Positions 55,369 through 64,000 of a stretch of 64,000 nucleotides of DNA are shown here, one piece after another (the first letter of the stretch is position 1; each line of letters begins with the position of its first letter). Made by a program: the position numbers and the translations under genes. Origin of the DNA: Candidatus Multivorans sp. (GTDB lineage: Bacteria; Acidobacteriota; Thermoanaerobaculia; Multivoradales; Multivoraceae); contig OZ251997.1 of NCBI GenBank assembly GCA_965247095.1, positions 3,424,001 to 3,488,000 on the forward strand. Direction: 5' to 3'. Below the pieces are notes generated by a model, which was given only the letters and a program-made list of their open reading frames with translations, searched no databases and was not told the origin of the DNA.

Positions 55369-56559
55369 CTAGCCCTCCAGCAACGTGATGATCTCGTCGA
55401 TGTCCTGGAGCGTCTCGGCCAGTTGGGTCCGGTAGTCCTCGTCGTCGACGTCTTCGAGCCGTTTCAGCGCTCTCGGCCGCCGGTCGCGGACGATGTCGAG
55501 CGCGGTCTGGCCCTGCAGCGTTTTCGCGCCGGTGTCGATCCCGCGTTCCACGAGCAGGCGGGCGCCGTCGACCATGTCGTACCGGCTGGCCCAGTGGAGC
55601 GCGTTGTAGCCTTCGTCGTTCGTCGACTCGGGATCCATGCCCCGGTCGAGGAGCTCGCGCAGCAGCTCGACGTCCTCCTGCAGGACCACCGGGCGGGCGA
55701 GGTGGTACCGATCCGCTTGTTCCATCGACGGATCGGCGCCGGCATCCAGCAGGGTGCGGAGGCAGCTACGGTCTTCGAGCCGGTGCGAGCGCATCAGAGC
55801 CACCCACAACGGGGCAGCGCCGTCCGGGTCGGGCCGGCTGGCCGCCTCGGGATCGTCGGCCAGGGCGGCCTGCAACTCCTCGCAGCGGCCCAGGCCGACG
55901 AGGTCGGCCGTGGAGATGGCCGGCGCCTGCGTCAGCGCGAGGTCGATCTGAGCGTTCTGCTTCACACTGGGCGAGAGCAGGATCAGCGACAGCGGCGTCT
56001 GGCCGTTCTCGAACGGTTCGAGGAGCAGATCCGGCCGGTCCGGGAGCGCCTTCTCCAGGTGCTCGACGGGCCTTGAGACCACGAAGTGGCGGCGGAACGC
56101 GTCGTCGTCGAGGAACGCCAGCGAGGCGTCGAACGCCGACTTCCCTGCGATCATCGCTTCGAGGTACTCGACGTAAGTCTCGCGGCTCTGGACGCCCACG
56201 ATCCGGTCCTGCTCCTCGCCGTCCTTGAAGAAGAGGATGTGCGGTACGCCGTTGACCCGCAAGCCGCGGTAGATGTCCGGCGATTCGTCGATGTCGAGCT
56301 TGCCGATCTTCGCCCGTCCTGCCATCTCCGGCGCCAGGCTCTCGACGATCGGGTCCACGACCTTGCAGGGGACGCACCACGTGGCGGTGAAGTCCACCAG
56401 CACCGGAACGTCGGCCTGGTAGACCTCGGCGTCGAAGTTGTCGCTGTTCAGGAAGACGACCTGAGCGAGCGGATCGGTCGGCTGCTGCGCGTCCTCGCCC
56501 GCGGTGCAGGCTGCGAGAACAGCTACAAGGCACAGGCAGAGGGCGAAACGAACTCTCAT
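55369..56559 (-). CDS. Thioredoxin-ankyrin repeat fusion lipoprotein
   Basis: LAAC lipobox, VLVDFTATWCVPCK, then ankyrin-like GQTPL, GAAPLWVA, GYNALHWA, GQTALDI. Confidence 0.8.
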   Translation of the reverse strand: MRVRFALCLCLVAVLAACTAGEDAQQPTDPLAQVVFLNSDNFDAEVYQADVPVLVDFTATWCVPCKVVDPIVESLAPEMAGRAKIGKLDIDESPDIYRGLRVNGVPHILFFKDGEEQDRIVGVQSRETYVEYLEAMIAGKSAFDASLAFLDDDAFRRHFVVSRPVEHLEKALPDRPDLLLEPFENGQTPLSLILLSPSVKQNAQIDLALTQAPAISTADLVGLGRCEELQAALADDPEAASRPDPDGAAPLWVALMRSHRLEDRSCLRTLLDAGADPSMEQADRYHLARPVVLQEDVELLRELLDRGMDPESTNDEGYNALHWASRYDMVDGARLLVERGIDTGAKTLQGQTALDIVRDRRPRALKRLEDVDDEDYRTQLAETLQDIDEIITLLEG

Positions 56560-56582
56560 CGGGGCTACCTCCGGTTGGGGCG

Positions 56583-56617
56583 GGCTGGCGGCTGGTGGCT
56601 GGTGGCTAGGAGCTGGC
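56583..56617. repeat. Degenerate heptamer tandem repeat (GGCTGGY)
   Basis: GGCTGGC GGCTGGT GGCTGGT GGCTAGG AGCTGGC. Related GCTAGCG GCTAGTG GCTA at 56699-56716. Confidence 0.55.
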
Positions 56618-56635
56618 GCGGTAGAACGATCTGAC

Positions 56636-56681
56636 CTGGGAACGCGGGCATCCTGCCCGCATCCGGCGCGGAGCGCCGGCC
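56636..56681. repeat. REP-like repeat, family A
   Basis: CTGGGAACGCGGGCATCCTGCCCGCATCCGGCGCGGAGCGCCGG. Confidence 0.8.
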
Positions 56682-56713
56682 TCTGGGAGTTCTGCCGCGC
56701 TAGCGGCTAGTGG

Positions 56714-58006
56714 CTACTCGCCGCCGGTGGTCTCGATCGCTCTCCCCGGCGTTCTCGCCTTCGGCGCCTCTTCGTCGTTGTACACGCAGGAGATGAAGCC
56801 CATCAGCATCTCGTCGGTCGACATCGGGCCGAACACCACGTCGCGATCGGGGTTGAAGCCCCAGCGTTCGGCCTCCTCGGGAGAGTTGTCGAACCACATG
56901 TCGATGCGCAGGCGGGTGCCCTTGGGCAGCACCTTCGGCTCGGAATACCAGTAGATCTCCTGCCAGTCGAAGTCCCAGTCCGGCACGTGAAGGATGAGCT
57001 CTTCCGTGCCGTCCGGGAAGAAGGCCGTGTACTTCGACTCGCGGCCGCGCATGTGCATGTGGGGGAGCATCCCGAGGATCGTGATGTCCCGCTCGAAGGT
57101 GCGCTCGGCGGAGTCGTGCCAGTAGTCGTGGCGTGCCGGAATCTCGAACTCGAAGTTGCTGATCGGGAAGAAGTGGATCGGGTGTTCGACCGTTTCGGTC
57201 GCGAACTTGAGGGCGATCGACGACTGATCCCAGCCGCCGCTGCCGGGCCCCGGCTCCTTGTGGTAGTGAAGATCGAAGGTGAGCGTGGCGCCGGCCTCAA
57301 GAAGCGAGCCGAAGCCCTCCGGCCACACATGGGGCGGCGACCCCGAGGTGGCGCCGCCGAGGTAGCTGCCGTCACCGCGGGTTTCCTCGTCGTTCGGCCC
57401 CTTGACGAAGATGTTGAAGTGGTGGACGAGTTCGCTGCCGCGGCGGAACTCGATCTCCTGCACCCACTTGTCGTCCGGCAGGATGTCCTCGGTCAGGACC
57501 AGGCGGTGCTTGGTGTAGATGTCCCTGATGTCGTCCTCGACGTAGTAGGGCGCCGGCATCTTGAGCACCAGGTCGGGATCGGTGAACAGCCAGCCCTCGT
57601 CGTCGGCCCAGTCGATGGGCGCCGGTCCGTTCTCCGGCCGGCCGGGCAGGGCGCCCGCTTCCACCCAGCGCTGCAGCGTGGCGATTTCGGCGTCGGCCAG
57701 GCCGCGCTCGTTCTTGAACACGCCGTCGAAGTGCTCGGAGGCGTCCCAGGGCGGCATCTCCTTCGAGGCCGTCATGCGCACGATGGCGCGCGCCCACGGG
57801 CGTGCCTCTTCGAACGTGGTGAGCGACATCGGCACGCCGCCACGGTAGATCTTGCCGCCTGACGGGCGGTGACACTCCTGGCAGTTCTCCTGCAGGATGG
57901 GCAGGACGTGTTCGTAGAATGTCGGACTCGTGGCGTCGGCGGCGCCGTGCGCCGCCGCGGCAAAGACCAGGCAGAGAGCAAGACCAACCAGGCGCCGACT
58001 CGTCAT
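56714..58006 (-). CDS. Exported cytochrome c / copper monooxygenase-like protein
   Basis: Signal peptide, CQECH heme motif, MPPW, VHH and PHMHMRG, WDFDWQ, DEM. Confidence 0.72.
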   Translation of the reverse strand: MTSRRLVGLALCLVFAAAAHGAADATSPTFYEHVLPILQENCQECHRPSGGKIYRGGVPMSLTTFEEARPWARAIVRMTASKEMPPWDASEHFDGVFKNERGLADAEIATLQRWVEAGALPGRPENGPAPIDWADDEGWLFTDPDLVLKMPAPYYVEDDIRDIYTKHRLVLTEDILPDDKWVQEIEFRRGSELVHHFNIFVKGPNDEETRGDGSYLGGATSGSPPHVWPEGFGSLLEAGATLTFDLHYHKEPGPGSGGWDQSSIALKFATETVEHPIHFFPISNFEFEIPARHDYWHDSAERTFERDITILGMLPHMHMRGRESKYTAFFPDGTEELILHVPDWDFDWQEIYWYSEPKVLPKGTRLRIDMWFDNSPEEAERWGFNPDRDVVFGPMSTDEMLMGFISCVYNDEEAPKARTPGRAIETTGGE

Positions 58007-58081
58007 CGCTACGTCCCCGTGGAAGAGTTCGGAATGAGTCAGTGTACAGGAGGCAAGTGGCGCCGCTCTCCCGACCCTCGG

Positions 58082-58320
58082 TCAGGCCGCGAGTGGGTAG
58101 TGGCAGCGCACTCCTTGGAAGCGCCGGAAGTCGTGGTCCGCGGTATGCACTTCGCCTCGATGGGCGCGAGCGAGCGCCGCGATCTGGGCGTCTGTGACGA
58201 GGTCGCCGCCCGCCGATCCCGCGGCGGCGAGCAACTCCACGACATGTCTCACGTGGTCTTCGCCCGGTAGCAGGAGCCGCGTGACCGGATGGGCGGTCCA
58301 CTCGGCCACCAAGTCGCCCG
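58082..58320 (-). pseudogene. C-terminal half of a VapC (PIN) toxin
   Basis: LLLPGEDH...GGDLVTDAQIAALARAHRGEVHTADHDFRRFQGVR. The N-terminal PIN half is missing. Confidence 0.75.
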
Positions 58321-58326
58321 CGACAA

Positions 58327-59325
58327 CTAACCCGGCAAAGCTGCCGCCTGGCGCCTGACGAGTCCGCGTACGTACTCGAATGCGTCGCGACGCTTGAGTT
58401 CCGGACGCGCGTTGATCCATCCGAGAATGGCCAGCGAGCGCATCAGCAGGAAGGCGGGCAGCAGGTCCAGCGCCGCGTCGCTCAATGACCGCTGCGAGCG
58501 ATACCCGGCGACCAGGGCATCCCGGATCATCCCGAAGTGCGGATTCGACTGGTAGTGGAAGAGCGCGACGGCAAGCTCGTACAAGTGCCATCCGAACCCT
58601 GCGTCGTCGAAGTCGATGACCTGCAGGCCGTTCTCGGTCTTCAGGATGTTGCCGGGATGGAGGTCGCCGTGAATCAGGCTGTACGTCTGCGGATCCTGGC
58701 CGTAGTCCGTGAAGAGCTCCCTCAGTTGTTCGCGGGCCTTTGAGAGCAGCCGACGGTCCGAAGCCTCAAGCCCCGAGGCTTCCCAGAAACGGCCCCAGAA
58801 GGGCGATTCGCCGAGGAGTCCGTCGACGTCGAACGAGTGCCTTCGAAAGCGGGGCGGCAGCTCCCAACCGACCGCCTGGTTGTGGATGCGCGCCGCGATG
58901 CGCCCCAGATCGTCGAAGTACCGCGCCAGGCGCTCGCCGGTCGCCGCGTTGACGAGATCCGACAAGACCTCCCCTTCCACCCACTCGGAGACCCCCACGA
59001 GACGCGACTCGGTCGTTCTCACCCGTACCGGCACGTAGCGATGGCCGTCCAGTGAGCGAACCGGTACCGGCGCGCCGACTCCGGCGGCGTTCAGGGCCGC
59101 CGTCCAGAGTTGCTCGGAGACGAGCTCCTCGAGGTCGTGGTAACCCGGCCGATGGAGGCGCAGGACGAAACTCCCGCCCGGCTCCGAATGGACCCGGAAG
59201 ACGACGTTCTCCTGGTGCGCGACCAGCTCGATGCGCGCGGGAGATTCGTCCCACTCTCGCCAGGCCGCGGTCGCTGCCTTGTGGAACTCCGCGTCTTCGA
59301 TCTCAGTTGCGGTGGCCGAGTTCAC
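58327..59325 (-). CDS. APH-family phosphotransferase (homoserine kinase type II/hydroxylysine kinase-like)
   Basis: ENVVFRV, VLRLHRPGYH, LIHGDLHPGNIL, VIDFDDAGFGWHLYELA. Start probably GTG 59325, overlapping the upstream gene. Confidence 0.88.
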   Translation of the reverse strand: MNSATATEIEDAEFHKAATAAWREWDESPARIELVAHQENVVFRVHSEPGGSFVLRLHRPGYHDLEELVSEQLWTAALNAAGVGAPVPVRSLDGHRYVPVRVRTTESRLVGVSEWVEGEVLSDLVNAATGERLARYFDDLGRIAARIHNQAVGWELPPRFRRHSFDVDGLLGESPFWGRFWEASGLEASDRRLLSKAREQLRELFTDYGQDPQTYSLIHGDLHPGNILKTENGLQVIDFDDAGFGWHLYELAVALFHYQSNPHFGMIRDALVAGYRSQRSLSDAALDLLPAFLLMRSLAILGWINARPELKRRDAFEYVRGLVRRQAAALPG

Positions 59326-60589
59326 GAAGCGTCTCCCCAAACGCGTCCAGGAAACCGTCGGCATGCTCCCGGCTGAAGCAGAGTGGAGGCCGGATCTTGA
59401 GCACGTTGCGCAACGCACCGGCATTGCTGGTCAAGAAGCCCTTGTCCTTCAACCGGTTCACGACGGCGACGACCCCGTCCAGGTCCGCCGTCTTCGCTTC
59501 TCGATCGCTCACCCATTCGACACCGAGGAAGAGCCCGTGGCCGCGAACCTCCGCCATCGGCTCGCAGGTCTCCTGGAATGCCTCCAGACCGCGACGGAGA
59601 TAGGCGCCTACGTCGACGACGTTCCGCCGCAGGTCTTCCGACTCGATGACGTCGAGCACCGCCGACCCCACGGCAGCCTGAAGGGGGCTGGAGGCGAAGG
59701 TGTTGAAGTACCGCGAGCGCCGACGGAACTCGTCGACGAGGACCTTGGAAGCGACGACAGCCGAGATGGGCAGTCCATTGCCCATGGGCTTTCCCATCGT
59801 CACGATGTCGGGCACGAACTCGTTTCTTTCGTAGCCCCACCAGCGACCCGTCCGGCAGAAGCCCGCCTGGACCTCGTCCGCGATGAAGAGGCCCCCGGCC
59901 TTGTGCACGAGCTCGACAGCTCGCGGCATGAAGTCCTCCGGGATGTTCGGAAGGCCCTCGTTGGCGAGGATCGGGCATACGAGCATGCCGGCCAGGGAGA
60001 TGCCGTTGTTCGCGAAGTCCTCGATCGCCCGCCGGATCTCGTCGAGGTACAGGTCCGTCAGTTCCTTCCCGGAAACACCTGGGCGCAACGGACGGTAGGT
60101 CTGCGGAAACGGGATACTCCGAATCTCGCTCCCGGGCGGAAGGTTCCGCGCAAAGGTCAGACGACGGACCTCTGCACTGTTGCCGTGGTAGGCCGAGTCG
60201 GTACAGAGGATGCCTCGATTCCCGGTGGCGAGGCGCGCCATCAAGAGAGCGACCTCGTTGGCCTCCGTGCCCGTGCAGGCGAAGACGGCGCTCGTCAACG
60301 ACTCGTGGTGGCGGTCGAGCAGCTTCTCCGCGTAGTCCAGGACACCCGGGTGCAGGTAGCGACTATGGACGTTCAGTGTCGCCGCCTGCTTGGCCATCGC
60401 CTCGACGACGCGTGGATGCGCGTGCCCCACGCAGGGCACGTTGTTGTACATGTCGACGAAGCGCCGGCCGCCCTCGTCGAAGAGGTAGACACCCTCGCCG
60501 CGGACGATCGTCAGGGGTTCCTCGTAGAAGAGGTGCGCGCCGGCGCCCAACAGTTGGTCTCGCCGCGCGATCAGATCGGCCGTTGTCAA
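59303..60589 (-). CDS. Class III PLP aminotransferase / phospho-lyase-like
   Basis: DMYNNVPCVGHAHP, TGTEANE, AYHGNS, IADEVQAGFCRTG, MGKPMGNG, YFNTF, NVLKIRPPL. Confidence 0.9.
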   Translation of the reverse strand: MTTADLIARRDQLLGAGAHLFYEEPLTIVRGEGVYLFDEGGRRFVDMYNNVPCVGHAHPRVVEAMAKQAATLNVHSRYLHPGVLDYAEKLLDRHHESLTSAVFACTGTEANEVALLMARLATGNRGILCTDSAYHGNSAEVRRLTFARNLPPGSEIRSIPFPQTYRPLRPGVSGKELTDLYLDEIRRAIEDFANNGISLAGMLVCPILANEGLPNIPEDFMPRAVELVHKAGGLFIADEVQAGFCRTGRWWGYERNEFVPDIVTMGKPMGNGLPISAVVASKVLVDEFRRRSRYFNTFASSPLQAAVGSAVLDVIESEDLRRNVVDVGAYLRRGLEAFQETCEPMAEVRGHGLFLGVEWVSDREAKTADLDGVVAVVNRLKDKGFLTSNAGALRNVLKIRPPLCFSREHADGFLDAFGETLRELGHRN

Positions 60590-60689
60590 GCGTTGACCTC
60601 CTCCTGTCGAGGCAGCCCCTGAGCCTCAGTTGCGACTCCCGACGGGGAGCGGCATCCTACTCTGGAGACGCCGCGAGGCGCGGTGAGCC

Positions 60690-61604
60690 CTACATCTCCA
60701 GCGCGACTTCCTTCTTGGCGTTCGACTCGAGCGACTGGACGTTGCGCTTCAGGTACTTGTTGAGCTGGCGGTCGTAGCGGCTGGTGGCGCCGGCGTGGCG
60801 AGCTCGCACGTAGGGCGCCCAACGCGGCTCGCTCGCCCCTTCGACCTGGTCGCCCATCACGGTCACGCGCTGGATGATGCGCTCCTCGTTGAAGTCGTTG
60901 AGCACGAAGTGCTGGGTGCATCGGTTGTCCCACATGGCGAGGGTGCCCTGGTTCCAGCGGTAGCGGACGGTGAAGCGCGTGTTCGACGCCCAGCGGGTCA
61001 GGTAGTTGAGCAGGTGGTCGCTCTCCTCGTGGCTGAGTTCGACGAGGCGGCGCGTGAAGTGCTCGTTGACGAAGAGGGACTTGCGGCCCGTCTCCGGGTG
61101 CACCCGGACCACCGGGTGGATCGTCATCTTCTCCGGCTTGCCGTGCGGCGTGGCGTCGTGGAGCGCCGTGAGACCCTCGCAGAGCTCCTGCAGCGGCGGC
61201 GACAGCTCCTCGTAGGCCTTGTACATGTTCGCCCACATCGTGTCGCCGCCGACCGCGGGGCACTTGACCATGTTCAGGATCGCCATCACCGAGGGACTCT
61301 GCTGGAAGCTGATGTCGCTGTGCCACTCGTCGGCGACCCCGCCGCGCGTGGCCACCAGCTCGAAGACCTCGGGGTGGTCCGTGAACGGGTTGTTGAGGTG
61401 CGGGTGCCCCTCGAGTTCGCCGAAGTGGCGGCCGAAGACAACGTGCTGCTCCACCGTCAGGTGCTGGTCGGGAAAGAAGAGGACCTGGTGCTCGAGCAGC
61501 AGGCCGCGGATCGTTGCGGCCCCCTCGGGGCCGGCGTCCGCCAGCGGCAAATCGTGGATCTCGGCACCCAGGGATCCGGAGAGACGGACGACGCGATGGC
61601 TCAT
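60690..61604 (-). CDS. TauD/TfdA family Fe(II)/2-oxoglutarate dioxygenase
   Basis: WHSDISF (HxD), GGDTMWAN, HPVVRVHPETGRK, WDNRCTQH...R. Confidence 0.92.
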   Translation of the reverse strand: MSHRVVRLSGSLGAEIHDLPLADAGPEGAATIRGLLLEHQVLFFPDQHLTVEQHVVFGRHFGELEGHPHLNNPFTDHPEVFELVATRGGVADEWHSDISFQQSPSVMAILNMVKCPAVGGDTMWANMYKAYEELSPPLQELCEGLTALHDATPHGKPEKMTIHPVVRVHPETGRKSLFVNEHFTRRLVELSHEESDHLLNYLTRWASNTRFTVRYRWNQGTLAMWDNRCTQHFVLNDFNEERIIQRVTVMGDQVEGASEPRWAPYVRARHAGATSRYDRQLNKYLKRNVQSLESNAKKEVALEM

Positions 61605-61620
61605 GAGAATTCTCCTAGCG

Positions 61621-61689
61621 GTGCCATCCGTGCGCCCGCTGACGGGCGCACGGACTGGTTCACGGGTGGCGCGGATCGCGCCACCCGGG
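61621..61689. repeat. Family B double-hairpin repeat
   Basis: GTGCCATCCGTGCGCCCGCTGACGGGCGCACGGACTGGTTCACGGGTGGCGCGGATCGCGCCACCCGGG. Confidence 0.8.
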
Positions 61690-61719
61690 TTGGAGGAACG
61701 AGGCTATCTCTAACGCCAG

Positions 61720-62572
61720 TCCTCGTGTCGTCCGAGGAGAGGCTGGAGTACGTGCGGAGCACGAGCTACGCGACCTTCCTGTCGGAACGGGTCGGCCTCT
61801 CCCGAGCCGCCGCGACGGTGTTCGAGCCGACGCGGCGGGCGCTCTTTGGCGTTGGCCTCGAGAGCGTCTCCGTGAGGGAGGCGGTCCTGACCGGAACCCC
61901 CGGCCCGAACCCGCTGACCGGCCAACCCGCCGGCGCCTACGAGCCGGGCCAGTACCCGGCCCCGCGGTACCCCATGTTTCCGGATGGCAATGCGTCCGTG
62001 GCGAGGTTGTTCGTGCGAAAGCTGATCCCGGCCGTCGCGCCTGGCAACTCGATGCAGGACGTGGTCACCGCGCGCTTCGACTACTCCGCCCTCGATCGAG
62101 AAGACTTAGCCGTACGGATTCGCCTGAACAGCACGGTGGTGACTATGGCGTCTCGGCGGATCCCGACGGGCCGCTCGTCGTCTTCATGGGGCACGTACCG
62201 GCGCCGGAGAACAGCGGCGGCCAGACAGGGAGGGACCTCTACCGCATCGGCCGCCGCAAGCTGTTCGAAACACCCTTCTCGACGTACGAGACGCAGATCG
62301 AAAGGCAGCTCACATCGATGTTCGGCGACTTCGGCTTCGACGCCGACCGGCACGTCGAAGCGATCACCGTCAACCGCTGGCCCCACGGCTATGCCTACGG
62401 CTACATGGACCTGTACGACCCCGACTGGCCGGCGGGAGAAGCGCCCCACGAACTGGGGCGCAGGTCGTTCGGTCGCGTCAGCATCGCGAACTCGGACGCG
62501 GAGGCTTTGGCCTACGTTCAAGGCGCGATCGATGCCGCCTGGCGCGCGGTGGAGGAGCGGCTGAGTCTGTAG
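61720..62572 (+). pseudogene. Fragmented spermidine-dehydrogenase-like FAD oxidoreductase
   Basis: FPDGNASVARLFVRKLIPAVAPG...RIRLNSTVV in one frame and ITVNRWPHGYAY...IANSDA...AIDAAWRAV in another. N-terminus and an internal part are missing. Confidence 0.75.
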
Positions 62573-62678
62573 CAGCCCGTGGCGGAACTCGCGTTGCGCG
62601 TGGCCGCGTGTCATTTCGATGATGCGATCACCGATTTGACATGCACGGCGCAGCTACCTGCTTGGGATTCGGGACGGC

Positions 62679-62835
62679 GTGACGCTCGAGGACCATCCGC
62701 TGCGCGGCCCGATCTTCGAGTCACTCGTCGTAGCGGAGCTCGTCAAGGCCTTCTCGGCGACGGGCCGCGATTCGCCGCTGTTCTTCTGGCGAGATGCCGC
62801 CGGGCACGAGATCGATATTCTCCTCGAACGCGGGC
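62679..62835 (+). pseudogene. DUF4143 / AAA ATPase C-terminal fragment
   Basis: RGPIFESLVVAELVKA...FFWRDAAGHEIDILLE. Confidence 0.65.
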
Positions 62836-62866
62836 CTTGGGACCCGTGCGAGCGATCCGTCCCGCC

Positions 62867-63060
62867 GGTAGGCTCTTTCACCGAGAAGGTCAGGAGCTTG
62901 AGTTCAAGGAGCAGTTCAACCTTGCTGGTCTGGCCGATTACTTTGGTGACTTCGCTACTACCGGTACGGTGGCCGAACTCAGCGAATTCAGTTCGCGGAA
63001 CTCGAGAGCATCATCAATCGGCGGATCGAGCGGAACAACCAAGAGTGGCTCGACCTAGTC
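62867..63060 (+). pseudogene. Internally deleted fragment of an AlbA_2-domain protein
   Basis: REGQELEFKEQFNLAGLADYF then, in another frame, YRYGGRTQRIQFAELESII. Confidence 0.5.
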
Positions 63061-63343
63061 CAGAAGATCGGAGCCGCGGGCCCAAGTAACGCGGCCGTTC
63101 TCGATACCGAGCGGGCTTTGGACCAGGCAGCCTCCGGCTGCCAGAGGTGCTGCCACCCGCTTTGAGCTGCGTCAGGGGCGCGGTATCCTCGTTGGCGATG
63201 AACAACACACGAAGGCCGCTGACATGGTCCATCAGGATCTGTGCCTTCTGTTTTGGGCGGCCGCTGCCTCGGCCGAGAGCGTCGACTGGCCCCGTTTCGG
63301 TAACGATCCCGGCTCGACCCCGAGAGCGGCAGGATCTACCGTG

Positions 63344-64000
63344 ATGGAAGTGGCGCCCTCTACGAACGTGGCCAAGACCCTGCTCCTCTCCTGTTGCGCG
63401 GCGCCGCTGCTCGTCGCCGCTGTCGCGACTGCCGCCGACACCGACTGGCCTAACTTCGGCAACGACGCCGGCAATTCGAAGTACTCGCCGCTGGCCAAGA
63501 TAGACGCCGACAACTTCGATCGTGTGCGGGTGGTCTGGACCTGGGAGTCGGTCGACACCCGGATCCCGAACCTGCCCGACTCGATCAGGCCGCGGTCTTT
63601 CAAGGCCATTCCGGTGGTCATCGACGGCCGTATGTACGTGAGCACCTCCCTCGGCCAGGTGGCGGCGATCGACGCCGCCTCGGGCAAGCCGTTGTGGAGC
63701 TACGACCCCCAGAGCTGGGAGGCGGGGCGGCCGACGAACATGGGGTTCCAACACCGCGGAGTGGCGATCTGGGGCAAGGGGGAGAAGCAACGAGTGATGA
63801 TGGCCACCCACGACCGGCGCCTGCTCTCGCTCGACGCCACAACCGGCAGGCCCGATCCCGCCTTCGGGAATCGGGGCGCACTGGGGATGACCAAGGATCT
63901 GGGCCGCAAGGTCCTCGAGTCGCGAACCACACACAGCTCGCCGCCGGCGATCTGTCGCGACACCGTGATCGTGGGCTCGATCGTGGCCGATATAGCCACA
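63344..64000 (+). CDS. PQQ-dependent dehydrogenase (runs off the window)
   Basis: Manual translation: signal peptide, DWPNFGNDAGNSKYSPLAKIDADNF, PVVIDGRMYVST, HRGVAIW, LDATTGRPDPAFG. Confidence 0.85.
   Translation, partial: MEVAPSTNVAKTLLLSCCAAPLLVAAVATAADTDWPNFGNDAGNSKYSPLAKIDADNFDRVRVVWTWESVDTRIPNLPDSIRPRSFKAIPVVIDGRMYVSTSLGQVAAIDAASGKPLWSYDPQSWEAGRPTNMGFQHRGVAIWGKGEKQRVMMATHDRRLLSLDATTGRPDPAFGNRGALGMTKDLGRKVLESRTTHSSPPAICRDTVIVGSIVADIAT

Noticed and set aside
60795-62564. 589-aa plus-strand ORF
   Set aside because: It is a chimera of tauD antisense, a repeat and part of the spdH-like pseudogene.
32-63999. Many long alternative-frame ORFs (e.g. 41630..43897 +, 10285..11970 -, 22075..23814 -, 51238..52800 -, 59231..60622 +)
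   Set aside because: They are shadow ORFs expected in high-GC DNA. They overlap genes with clear motifs and are Arg/Gly/Pro-rich without family signatures.
1-64000. tRNA, rRNA, integrase or phage genes bounding the islands
   Set aside because: None were recognisable by eye. A tRNAscan-SE or Infernal run would be needed to exclude them formally.

Overview
This is a high-GC bacterial window. The TonB-dependent receptor, sulfatases, PQQ enzymes and DUF6152-like proteins fit Acidobacteriota, possibly host-associated (inference only). A metabolic backbone module (amidohydrolase converging on a MaoC-MaoC-CaiB-CitE operon) occurs twice as diverged copies, at ~0.7-13.7 kb and ~33.3-37.3 kb. The copies are separated by a ~19.5 kb cluster of exported enzymes. 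Two accessory/defence islands are present. Island 1 (2.2-10.3 kb, only in copy 1) holds a complete IS3, a complete IS630, several pseudogenes and an intact TIR + HEPN gene pair. Island 2 (38.7-51.2 kb) holds a TIGR04255-led three-gene module, an orphan IS3 end, a type I R-M system whose HsdR has a C-terminal AlbA_2/Schlafen-like domain and is interleaved with AbiE and HicAB modules, and a cluster of toxin-less antitoxins. The right end carries acyl-CoA dehydrogenase, MmgE/PrpD, GabD, a thioredoxin-ankyrin lipoprotein, a TauD/class III aminotransferase/phosphotransferase operon and gene fragments. Two families of small palindromic repeats are scattered throughout. I saw no rRNA, tRNA or CRISPR array. 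All family calls come from motif recognition by eye, not database searches.
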